Below are positions 50,530 to 64,000 of a stretch of DNA of 64,000 nt, piece after piece. Every line of letters begins with the position of its first letter. Positions within the stretch are counted from its first letter, which is position 1. The stretch lies in contig OX597820.1 of assembly GCA_951406725.2 (NCBI GenBank), positions 112,158,001-112,222,000 on the forward strand. The letters are read 5' to 3'. The notes below the pieces were generated by a model, which was not told the DNA's origin, ran no database searches, and saw only the letters and a program-made list of their open reading frames with translations. This stretch comes from Octopus vulgaris (lineage: Eukaryota). Both the position numbers and the translations under genes were made by a program.

Positions 50530-52740
50530 ACAAATACATCCTAGAATCATCAATTTGACATTTTCCTCTCAACAAATGAAGAGGGTCGATCATGCAAGCT
50601 TCTTCAGGGTCAGGGTGAGTAAACTCTCCAGTTTCTCTCTTGACAAACATGGGTGTGCTGAAAATGAGATATATGAATATATGTCACCTGGAGTCCTCTT
50701 GGAAGCTGGATCACATGCTTGAGGTATCTATACATTGGAGGAAGAGTAGCCATGAGCAAGACCAGGATCTTTGGAGGAAAAAAACACTCATGTTCATTTT
50801 GATAACTATGAGATATTTTCATCTCATGGTCTGCTGGTATTGGGAGGCAGGGTGACAGTGTTACTCTGGAAATCTTTAGATTTCAAGGCACAGGCAATCT
50901 TCTTTGGAGGAAGCAACAATGGACCAGAGATGATGCACCTTGATAGCCAGCCACAATAGCTGTGAGAAGCCAATATGAGAGTTGTGATATTGGAATCACT
51001 AGGCATTCTACAGTGTGAAAATTGCTGCATTTGGATATTCTGCCCTATGAGCTTTATGTATACATACTAAAATTGCTCACTAATCTCTTGCTTGTTGTAA
51101 ATTGCAACTGGAAGAAGAGTGGGAGAATTTCCAGTTCTAAGAGATGAGGCATGATAGTATTGCTGAGGAAGAGCGCAAACAAATAATTTCAGGATCAAAA
51201 CTCATTTGAATGCTAAGTTTTAAGATTTTGGTTAAGGCAATCATGAAAAAATTGGTGTTTGTCATACATAGTGTTGCCAGAAACAGACAGATCTGCAATT
51301 CTCAGCAGATCTTTTTATAATTCTCACCTAATGCTATTCATTGAAGATAAAATGGATAGCTAACTTGGTATCAGTGAGGTGGGGATCTGATTTTGATAAA
51401 TTTGGATGACTCAAAACTTTCAACATAGTCAGCATCCACAATCTTGAGGCTGTTTACAGTGCAGATGATTTCAACTCTGTTTTCAGAGACTGGATTGCTG
51501 TTATGTACATGTGGCATTTGCTTGGTGGTCAGACTAAATGGCCACCTATTAGAACTGTTTTAATCATTCAAAGGTGTTCTCTCACTTCACCTCTCTATAC
51601 TTTGGCTCTTGAGTCACTGCTACAGAGTCCACACTGACCAGCAAATGATGCTGAATGGAGAGTCTTGTTAAACTTATAGTGATCTACTTCTGGCTGGACA
51701 TCCAGGCAGATAAGACCTGGAACAAGATTATAAGCAGAGTGGTCACTCACACTCACAAAAGGGTTAAGAGAAAGCTTTCTTTGCAAGGTTAGAAAGAAGT
51801 AACAAATACCTACATTGTTTCTATTGTAACTTACTAACTGTTGTGTCTTGCTTCAGAAAGGAGTGTATACTCCTTCACTTTTTGTGGAAGGAATGTGTTC
51901 ACTGTTCAAGCAGCCAATACCAGTTTACTATAGGTGAAAATATGCAGACATGCATTGAAGTCACAGCATTTGCAAGCATTCCTTGATGGTGAACAAAAGC
52001 AGTTGTCATTTGCTGAGAACGTTTTCCCACAGTTCATCCCTATCATGGAAGTGCAATCCTGAGTCAGGTGAACACTGGAATTGAGTGCTGGACATCTAGA
52101 ATCTTGTCAGAATTCAATTATCTATGAGTTGAGCAATGAAACTGGCTAGCCATCATCTACATTTAACAAGTATAAAAGAATGGTGGGCATAAGGAATGAT
52201 GTCCTCAGGTAGGATCTGGACATCAGTGAAAAGGAAATGAGCTTTCTATTTTGGAGGAATATGGACAACTTTCAGAAATCCTTGAACTGGCAAGGCTACC
52301 AGGGCTTACCAGCAAGCACAAAAGATGTGACTGAGAAATGTATGTTGAATAATGACACCATTCTGTATGCTTTCATTCAGCATTCCAGCATCATTGAACT
52401 GTAAAGTTATGTCAAACAGCTACTGCCATGCGTAAAATAGATCCAGTTATTAGCAGAGTTCATTGGTAAAATTATCACTGCTGGAAGGGTTGTTTACCTT
52501 TATTTTTCTGGTGGTTACGGTGAAAAATAAGTGGGGTGGATGAGATTGAAAGGATCAAGACATACTCCTTTCTCTATGGCCAACAAGAAAAGCATACAGC
52601 TTTTCACAAATTCACTGGAATGTGGATGAGAATGATGAATATAGACTAAGTTAATATGCCTATACTAAGGACGTGTTTGTAGGCCAGGGATACAGCTGGG
52701 TGAAGACACTTCCTCTTGTAAATGTGGTCTGGAATTGGAA
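50530..52740 (-). mobile_element. Heavily decayed non-LTR retrotransposon-like sequence
   Basis: Coding-like composition with only short weak motifs (ARHN, AGQC). The clade is not assignable. Confidence 0.3.
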
Positions 52741-52976
52741 GAGTTTTCTGATTTGCCCCATGTGACTGTTCATATCTCTTTTTGTATTTATGCTGTTGTT
52801 TTTCATATATGTTTTTCTCATATTCTGTAATCTCATTCCACTGTTTTGTAATTTGTATTTGAAATGTCCCACCATTTGTCAGACTTCTGGCAAAATAACG
52901 AAATTATTGCTATATCAACACACTCACACTCTATATATATATATATATGTATATGTGTGTACATATATATATATAT

Positions 52977-53987
52977 GACCAAGTCAGTAGCGGGGGCGGG
53001 TGTGCTGAAAGTGTAACTGCTAGAGTAAGAATAGCCTGGGCAAAGTTCAGAGAGCTCTTACCTCTGCTGGTGACAAAAGGCCTCTCGCTCAGAGTAAAAG
53101 GCAGATTGTATGATGCCTGTGTACGAACAGCCATGCTACATGGTAGTGAAACATGGGCCGTGACTGCTGCGGATATGCGTAAGCTCACAAGAAATGAAGC
53201 CAGTATGCTCCGATGGATGTGTAATGTCAGTGTTCATACTTGACAGAGTGTAAGTACCTTGAGAGAAAAGTTGGACCTAAGAAGCATCAGTTGTGGTGTG
53301 CAAGAGAGACGTTTGTGCTGGTATGGTCATGTGGTGAGAATGGATGAAGATAGTTGTGTGAAAAAGTGCTAAACCCTAGCGGTTGAGGGAACCTGTGGAA
53401 GAGGTGGTGAAGCACGACCTTCGAACTTTAGGTCTCACCAAGGAAATGTCTAGAGACCGAGACGTTCGGTAGTATGCTGTGCATGAGAACACCCAGCAGG
53501 ACAAGTGAGACCATAACCCGTGGCCTCTACATGGGATGTAGCCAGTCCACTTATGCATACCTTTCCTTCTTGGGACACAAAACTACTTGTGAAGACCTGT
53601 TGAGGCAAGTGAAAATCAAAATAAAAATCGAAATCGATCAACATCAATGGAAATTGTAGCTGTGATACCAGTGCCGGTGGCATGTAAGAGAACCATCCAA
53701 ATGTGGCCTTTGCCAGCGTTGCCCTGACTGGCCTCCGTGCCGGTGGCACGTAAAAAGCACCATCTGATCGTGGCCATTTGCCAGCCTCGTCTGGCACCTG
53801 TGCCGGTGGCATGTAAAAAGCACCCACTACACTCACTGAGTGGTTGGCGTTAGGAAGGGCATCCAGCTGTAGAAACACTGCTAGTTCAGCCTGGGCCTTC
53901 TGGCTTCCCAGACCCCAGTTGATTTGTCCAACCTATGCTAGCATGGAAAGCAGACGTTAAACAATGATGATGATGACGATGATGATT
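52977..53987 (+). mobile_element. 5'-truncated RTE LINE
   Basis: [31 protein letters not shown]..., then a 3' UTR and (GAT)n tail. Confidence 0.9.
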
Positions 53988-54069
<82 letters not shown>

Positions 54070-54394
54070 TATATGGAGGCACATAGAGCAGCGGACTTGC
54101 GGTTGAGGGATCGTGGGTTCGAATCTCAGACCAGGCAATGTGTGTGTTTATGAGTGAAACACCTAAGCTCCACGCAGCTCCGGCAGAAGGTAATAGCGAA
54201 CTTTTGTTGACTCTTTCATCATGACTTTCTCTCACTCTCTCCTTTCTGCATCTTGCAGCTCACCTGCAATGGACCAGCGTCCAGTCGATGTGGGGAACCT
54301 ATATGCCAAGAAAACCGGCCCTATGAGCCAGGAATGGCTTGAGAAGGAACAAAATATATATATATATATGCTTTCAAAATGTGACCTCGTGTGT

Positions 54395-54590
54395 ACCGTT
54401 GGTGATTTTTTTTTTTCCTCCATCTTTTCTTCTCTGGATCTTTCCTTTTCCTATGTTTCCGACAAAGAGCTCCGCTCAAAACGTTAAACCCTCCTTCATT
54501 CCTTCTTTCCTGAGCGTCCAATAATACTATATTTGTTCCACATCCTCGCGTTGTGTGTTTTTTTGTGCTTTCTTGTTTGGATCAACTTTA
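54395..54590 (+). mobile_element. PLE-pLTR-like fragment with ultra-minimal HHR (54455-54489); same family on minus at 58615-58775
   Basis: GTTT-CCGACAA-A-GAGC tcc GCTC-AAAA-CG-TT-AAAC. The minus copy at 58709-43 reads ATTT-CCGATGA-A-GAGC tcc GCTC-GAAG-CG-TG-AAAT. Confidence 0.6.
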
Positions 54591-54626
54591 TATATATATA
54601 TATGCATGTATATGTGTGTGTATGCA

Positions 54627-54678
<52 letters not shown>

Positions 54679-55979
54679 AGTATGTATGTGTATATGTGTA
54701 TGTATATGTATATGTATGTATATGTGTATATGTGTATAAATGTATATGTATATATGTATGGATATTTTATTATATAGTTATGTATACGTATGTATGGTTA
54801 TATTACAAATTTTGATTAGTATATATAGATTTGTTATGATCACTAATTTTAGCTTATGATATAAGGGTATGGGAAATAATTTATATGTAGTGGGGTTACT
54901 ATATAAATTTTTTTTTATGTATTTATTAATCTTATAAGATTTTTAGAATATATTTAATAATAAGAGGTTTTTAATCATTTAATTTATTTTGTATTAAGTT
55001 TCATTTATCATAGTTATTTTATTAATAAATATTATAGTATAGAAAGATTTTATTCTTTATTTGTGAATTCATTCTTTTTACAATGATAAACATATAATTT
55101 TCCATTCATAATCTTTAAATAACGTAGGTTCCTCACGCGCAAAGAATTCCTCAACAATTTATTCTATTTTTTTGCTAATAACGTAATTCTATGAGTATTT
55201 TTTTAAACGCTGTATAAGACGTTTTTGATTCAAAATTAGTTCATTGTTTAAAACTCGCCAAGAAAAGTATGTATCTTTTAAGATCTTCAAATTGTTAATT
55301 TTTAATATTGTATAAGCCTTAGGAGTAATAATATTCTCCTTATGTAAATATTGTTGTTTATGTAATGATCTAATTATCGTAATTTTCTATGTTATTAGAT
55401 ATTAAATAAATTAGATAAACTTTGATAATATTAGATATGTTTCGACTAAAGATGGTCTAGGCCATGTCTAATTTAATAGCATAATTTATATTAGATAATT
55501 ATTCCCATTCATAATTATGTTTATTGTACTTATAGTATTTATTTAATACTATATTACTAAGAATTGAATATTTCTATAAGTATTTTACATAAGATTTCAA
55601 AAGTCAGTTTAAGTTAGTTTATTTGTATTTTGAAATTAGCTATTTCATCTTTAAATATGAAAAATTAAATATATTAGGTTTTCATTATATACAATTGTTT
55701 ATAGAGATTATTTTAGATCTTGATTATAAAATTTATATATATTTTCATTGATAATTTATATATATTAGTCATTTTAAATATCTATGTAATTAGATATAGA
55801 CTAATATTGATATTAGAATATGGGTTTTCTACCTTATAAATTAAAGTTAATATTTAACATTATAGTCGATATCGATATAATCATATTTAATAATAGAGTT
55901 TATTATAAGTAAATTATTATTTTAGATTATATATATTATTTATATCTTAAAAATATTGATTATATTTTAGATTTTGAAA

Positions 55980-56040
55980 CACCTGATGAATGACTGCGAC
56001 CTAAAAATTTGATGACAGCAGCCAGGAAACGATCGTAGTG
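55980..56040 (+). ncRNA. Type I hammerhead ribozyme motif
   Basis: CAC/GTG stem I; CTGATGA 55983-89; CTGC/GCAG in stem II; GAAA 56026-29; palindromic CGATCG; GUA with cut after 56037. Confidence 0.7.
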
Positions 56041-56158
56041 GATATTAATTATATTTTTTTAATAATTGTTACATATTTAAATAACATAAATTAATTTATG
56101 TATTGGCTTAAGTCTTTCATTGTTTGATTTGCCTAATAGTGGTTTTGTCTCTAATTTA

Positions 56159-57708
<1,550 letters not shown>

Positions 57709-58576
57709 CTCAACGAACACTGGAATTCCTGACACAGATCCAGAGGAAGTATATCCCAACTACGGATAACACCAGGTAGCCCAAACTGTGAAGGTGCTTT
57801 ACTCAACACACTAATTGACATATACTCACTAGTTCCCAAAAGTACACACACACACATTTATATAAAAATGCATACACAAATATATATATATGTATGTATA
57901 TATATATATATATATATCTGAAAATTCATTTTGGTGTTCAAAATGCATCTAGATCTATAAAAAATGGGATGAATATTTAAAAGAAGCAGAATGCATAGAA
58001 AAAAATTCATAGTGATAAAACATGCTCAAAAGTCACATATTCAATAGGCTTCATAGCAATATAGCACACACACACACACGCACGCACACACACACACATG
58101 CACACACACACACACACACGTGTATACAAGGGAGTGCTGAAAAGTTCCTGGCTTTGGGTAGAAGAAAATACAGGAGGATCAGTTAATTATGATTTTATTC
58201 AACATATTCCCCTCTCAGATTCACACACTTATTGCAGTTGTGCTTTAGTTTTTCTAAGCCCTGCAAAAGAATTTGGAAGGTTGGACCTCCAACCAGGCCT
58301 TTCGCAATACCCTCATTTGCCCAATTTCTGTTGGTCCATTACATATTTTCAGTAAGATTGATGGTTAAGTTGGAGGTTTTTACTTCCAATCTTTAGCAAG
58401 ATTGTGCTTCATGTACCCTCTAATATAATTAAGTATTCATTGTATAGCTGTTTAATGCTAATATCACTTGCTGCCATTAATGTTATTGTTGTTATCAATT
58501 ATTTAGATTTGCCCCTGATAATAATACTAATAATAATAACATCTTTACGAGCATTTATTTTGAATACTTACTTATT

Positions 58577-58612
<36 letters not shown>

Positions 58613-58772
58613 ATCGAAACAAGAATAAGCAAGAAAAAACAACAATGCGAAGAAATGGACCAAGTACTGTGTTATTGGACACTCAGGAAAGGAAAGAAAA
58701 GAAAGAGGATTTCACGCTTCGAGCGGAGCTCTTCATCGGAAATATAGAAAAAGTCCAAAGAAGGAAAGATGG

Positions 58773-59300
58773 AGGGAAGAGGATTTGAAAATGCAGAGGT
58801 CTTTTAAAGAAGTTTATTGACTTGACTGGTTTCACTTTTTTTAAAAAAAAAATTTTCAAAAGTAAAGTGTAAAACATACAAGACTGGAGATGAAGAAAGG
58901 TTGGTCATTCCCCTAAAATTCTTATAAAAAAATTATGATTTCTGATGAACTTTTAACAAAGCTATACATACTTTCTCCTATCAAATTCTGTCTACAAATC
59001 TTTTCTGTATATATGCTTATAAACAATTATGATTTCTGATGAACTTATAAACAATTCTGAACTTATTTTACTGCCTATTTTGAATACTTTTATGTAAACT
59101 GTTTAAACACAAAACCTCTCTTGACATTTTCTTATCATTGTCAAAGACTCTATCACTGTATTTTAACACATCTATGTCAACTAATTTTTAACACCACAAA
59201 GGCTACACTTTACTTTTGTAAACCTTTTTTAAAAAAAGTGAAACTGATCAAGTCAATAAACATCTTTAAAAGACCTCTGCATTTTCAAGTCCTCTTCCCT
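58773..59300. mobile_element. MITE-like element with ~95-bp imperfect TIRs
   Basis: 58773-58871 is inverted to 59204-59300. No clear TSD. Confidence 0.7.
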
Positions 59301-59365
59301 ATATATTTTCACTGGTGTGGTACCTTCCAATTTTACTTTGTTTTATATATATATTTATATATATA

Positions 59366-59603
59366 CATGGTTGGCCAAAAGTCACCTATCAGTAAATCAA
59401 AAATTCGATAAATATTTAATATTCAATTTTATTAATTCATTCCAATTATGAATGTTTAATAATTGAATTCTGTGAGTTAAAATCACCATTTTTATTCAAC
59501 ATTTGTCTATTTATTAGCAAAGTCTCATATAAAATAATTTTTTGTTTTAATCTTGGAATTAAATGGTTTTGATTTACTGTCAGGTGACTTTTGGCCAACC
59601 CTG
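59366..59603. mobile_element. Tc1/mariner MITE, 238 bp
   Basis: TA|CATGGTTGGCCAAAAGTCACCT...AGGTGACTTTTGGCCAACCCTG|TA, with ~37-bp TIRs. Confidence 0.9.
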
Positions 59604-61279
59604 TATGCATACACACATACACACACATATATGCATACACACCTCATTATGGGTCTATCCACAATTTTATGTTAAGCAAATTTTGCTTCAGAAGCATTGA
59701 CCAATATAAGGCTATGGTAGGAGACATTTGTCCAAGGGGCTGCTCAATTGAATTGAACCAGAACCATTTATTTGCATTAACTTCTAGAACCTCCTTTGAA
59801 CTGGACATTGATGTATATTGGCAAGACATAAGTATTTTTCACCCAACAGTAGGTGGGTGAGGGTTGAGAGCATAGTTAACATAATCTACACCATTGTATT
59901 ACTGGTATTTAATTTATTAGTTAGAGTTAACTCTGGTAATCTCAACTTCTGCATTTAGCAGGAGGGTCTACAAATGGGAGGGGTTTTAGAATGCAATTGC
60001 ACTGCACATGCAACCTAGTTTGGTGTTGCTTCATGTTAGTGCGGGTGGCGGTGGTCTTTAATATCATTCAGTGTTGCAAGCATTTACAACTGATGCACAT
60101 TGTCTCCTACTGCAGATATTATGGTTGGGTACTAGTTGCATTAATCTTACCAGTCTGTATGCCTGCACAGGTCATGTGTAGTGTCCCCACTCACCTGACT
60201 AGCTTATAAAAATAACAATAAATAAATAAAAACCTCAGACTACAAAGTAAAAAAAAAAAAATAATGGTGTCTCGTGTTTCTGCTCAATTTCTATCGAAAT
60301 TGATTTGTATTTTCCTCCTCCCCTTCCAATATCAATAATATACAAACAGTTGCTTTAATCGACTGCCCCCTCCTCGCCCCATAAAAAATTGGTCTCGTGA
60401 CTAGTCATATGACATCGTCAACATTTCTATTATGGTAAGACGATACTTGTTTGGGGCACGTTTTTCGTTTCCATCTTCGACGTATTTCACTTTCCTAGTA
60501 TCGAAAGTGTCTTTCAGAAATATTGGAAGCCACAAATATTCAACTTGCCTCTTCTATTTCACTCCAACAAAATTAACCATTTTTTTTTCTTGTTAAATAA
60601 AAATAGCGATCATACGTATGTTTGAGTGTGTACGTTGATTTATACAGGTGTGTTATACAGTTGTGGTGCACCTGAGCACTCTATACGATAATTTCATTAT
60701 TTTAATTATCTTGTATGAAACTGCCTATCTGTGTGTGCGTGCCTTTACATGAAGCATCACCCCTCACTGCACTTGTAATGACCATAAGTCTATGTCGATA
60801 TGTAACCCGAGTGGCATGGATGGATTTGCAGAATGCAAATTCATTAGAAGATAAATAATAATAGCAGTAATAACAAACCACAACAATATAATCAGCAGAA
60901 GCCGATGATAATCTCTCTAATAACTGCAGCGGATGATATAGGAACTTTTAGTTTCGTATCATGACATCATATAAAACAATACAAGATAATACACACACTT
61001 ATATGAATATACTACTGTCTATCTTTCATTACCTCAGTGCAAGAAAAAAAACAAAAAAACTCCAACACGCACACACAGATATATGTACAAATGTCAAGAC
61101 CGCGAAAGCATGAAAATATTGAACAAGAAAGAAAAGCAACAGGCAGAAAAAAATATAAGGAAATGTTCAGTAGCAAATTATTATTAATTTAAATGGAGAT
61201 TTTTTTTTTCATAGATGCATTTGGAGGAAATTGTAAAATTAGGTTTAGTACGTAGAATGAATGTGTGTCCATGTATGTC

Positions 61280-61710
61280 TAACCAGCGCGACGAGATGTG
61301 CATAGCATCACATGACCGCTGCTGCTGCTGCTGCTGTCAGTTTCATTGTAATATGTGAGTGGAGTCAATTAACACGCGATCCATCAAGGTGCTTTACAGA
61401 AAAGAAAAATATATATAGATATAATATAGATTTGCAGTATGCTGTATTTATAATTTTGTCTGGATTTGGTGTTTAGGCCAATGCAGACTGTTACCAGTTT
61501 CTTCGAACTTTAGTGATTTAGTATTTTTAATTTGTATCCAAAAGTTGCTCACACACAACATCGGATGGTTTCTGTTCGTCACAGAGCAAGCTACCCAGAT
61601 CTGTGATTTCTGTTGTTTTATTACTATTGAGATCGTCTTGTCTTCATTTATATTCTCCCAGACAGACGATATAAAAAAAATATAGAGAGTAATTTAAAAC
61701 AAAGGTAAGC
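61280..61710 (+). promoter_or_regulatory. Candidate promoter or non-coding first exon ending at splice donor AAG|GTAAGC
   Basis: TE-poor region with visibly more CpG, a (GCT)n tract, and a strong donor at 61704/61705. Confidence 0.3.
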
Positions 61711-64000
61711 AGCATTTAATTTTCCTCTTTCTTCAGTCTCAACATATCTACACTGTCGTTTCACGTTAGTTTATCTCTCTCTTTCTCTCCCCTTTTCTTT
61801 TGTTTCTTCAGCCCCTTTGCTTCTTTTTGAACCACTTTTCCTTACTTTCTCCTCAAATCAAACCACCGACACACACATTACTTACACCACTCTTTTTATA
61901 TCACTGTTACTTTTGTTTCTTTCCCTTCTCTTTTTCATTGCAATATATCTTTCAGGGTAGCTCGGTTAAATTTTTTTAATATTACATATATCCATGAATT
62001 TATCCCTAATTTTTATTAATTTAGTGTTGATTGTAATGTTTGGGTTTTGGTTGTTGTGGACGATGACAACGATAGAGATAATAGGTAATTAATGATAACC
62101 GCGGTGATAGTAAATGATAATGATGGTAATGGTTGTGGTAGAGCACATTGCAAGCTGGTTCACCACCGGTCATGTGGACAGCTTTCACAGTACACATATA
62201 ATCAATACAGATAGACACGCATACATGCAAGCACACATACACATATAGAGACATATTTATGTGTCTGTGTGTGTGTGCATGCATTTATCTCTATTTGTGT
62301 GCGTGTATAGTTCCACTACCATTATATATACCTCAGCGAAAGACCTCCGTACTTTCTTTCACATCAGCTTAAAATAATGGTTTGTTACATTAGTCATGAA
62401 ACTTGAGTTGTTATTTTCGTGTGGGTGATTGAAAATAAGATGTTGTGAAGCTTATGCCTCTGCCAGGAACATATGCAATGTATATATAAAGTGAAGTGGT
62501 TCCGACCGTTTAAAAACATTTTAACAGTATCGTACCTACGTAACCCGCTCTTGGGGAAAGCAAGATGCGATTGCGCGATGTTCATGCCTTTCTTAAGGGC
62601 ATAAACATTGTAATTAGCGTTAAAATTTCTTTCTTTATCTGTCATTAGGACAACAACAAACATTACAATGCAATTAATATGAATATAATTGAATATGGCA
62701 TCGAATATTTCGTTGCATTTCTATGTTCAGTGTTTTAGGTTTATAGGGGAAGGGTCCCGAGGTTTGTATGTATGATGCAATCAATAAGGGAACTATATAA
62801 TTTAACGGGTTTTATATGTGTACATGTGTATGTCTGGGAGAAAGCTAAACCAAATATAAAAAAAATTGTAAGTACGCATAATAATATCTTAATCATGCAT
62901 AAGGTGTATTTTTAGAGAATTGTGGACACACACACACATACATACATATATATATACACACACACACACACACATACATATATATATATTTTGTGATGTT
63001 CATGCGTTTCATAAAGTATAAAAAAATATAAGGCTTATGAGAAGCGAAGCAGTCCAAACTGCTTGAAATAATTACCAACACACAAAAATAGATGCATGCA
63101 CCCTTAAGCAAGTCTCGTGACGGCTGCTTCTGTTCGATTTTTTTCTTTTCATTCATTCGTTTGTGTTTTGCTTTCTTGTCTCGTATGTGCGCGTGTGTTT
63201 GCATATGCATATTGCAATGGTGCACTTATTGCATCGCTTCTTTTCTATCAAGTCTACAACATCATCTCATTTATTTGGTATTACCTCCATCACTATTCTC
63301 GTCTGTCAAATGATGACCCTTTTTCACACGTCGATATTTGATCTATTTTTATACCTTTTTTTTTTGTGAAGCTGTTCTTTCTATTGACTTTACTACCACC
63401 ATCATCATCACTATCGTCATCATTATCATGGTCGTCGTCATTATCTTTTCCCCAGTTTCTTGCATCAGATTTTTAACTTTTCCAATGTACCTTTGCAGTC
63501 TTTCTCCTTCTCCCTCCCCAATCTCTCTCTCTCTCTCGAATTTGACGAGAGAATGGAAGGCGACAAATGGAATAATATAATGATATACAATATAATAATA
63601 TTGCGATATAGGTGTATAATTACATTTTTTTGAAGCTGTATGGGCGAGTGTTGTACAGTCGATTGAATCTGTTCGCAGTATAATACTGGTACAAAATTTT
63701 ATTGATCTGGACTGGGTTGAAATTCAACATAATATTAATGATCGTTTTTTTTCTTTTATAATACGCATGATGTATGAGAGGATTTGCTTAAAGGTGGGAG
63801 GTCGATTTGTACTATTATAAATGAAATGAGAACAAAATGAACTGGAACAGTTTGGCAAACATTTCACCTTATTTTATGATATCTTGATGCTCGCATCTTA
63901 GTTCAATAATGAAACAGCGAGGGAGCCTCTTTGTGGTCAATAAACCTATTAAAAGATTTCGTCAAATTACACCCCATCGTCTTCGGAAAAGGAAAGGACA

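Noticed and set aside
55425-55480. Additional minus-strand HHR (GTC-GAAA-CATA-TC)
   Set aside because: No CUGANGA-like core at the required position.
54770-55950. Nuclear copy of mitochondrial DNA
   Set aside because: It is AT-rich, but I recognised no mitochondrial gene or tRNA. A PLE link is favoured, though a search is needed to exclude this.

Overview
AT-rich, microsatellite-dense animal genomic DNA. The SINE, RTE and Penelope repertoire points to an octopus or other coleoid cephalopod (inference, no search run). I see no intact host coding exon, and most ORF-track entries are translated microsatellites. The window is a layered transposon graveyard. It holds a decayed L1/Tx1 LINE, many RTE LINE pieces (with a C4HC3 PHD finger inside the RT), two Penelope-like element (PLE) remnants and Dong/R4-like 3' ends stacked in (TAA)n. 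It also holds a complete Chapaev3-type DNA transposon nested in a mariner, Helitron and hAT/Tc1 non-autonomous elements, and at least four tRNA-derived SINE families. The most striking unannotated signal is about 11 type I hammerhead ribozyme (HHR) motifs from several families, mostly in short non-coding units beside (TA)n or (TAA)n tracts. One is a retrozyme-like 331-nt unit with a perfect 114-bp direct repeat, and a non-canonical CCGANGA core recurs across families. The last ~4 kb is TE-poor and may hold a host promoter or non-coding first exon. All folds and alignments were done by eye, so repeat boundaries are approximate unless a TIR or TSD is cited.
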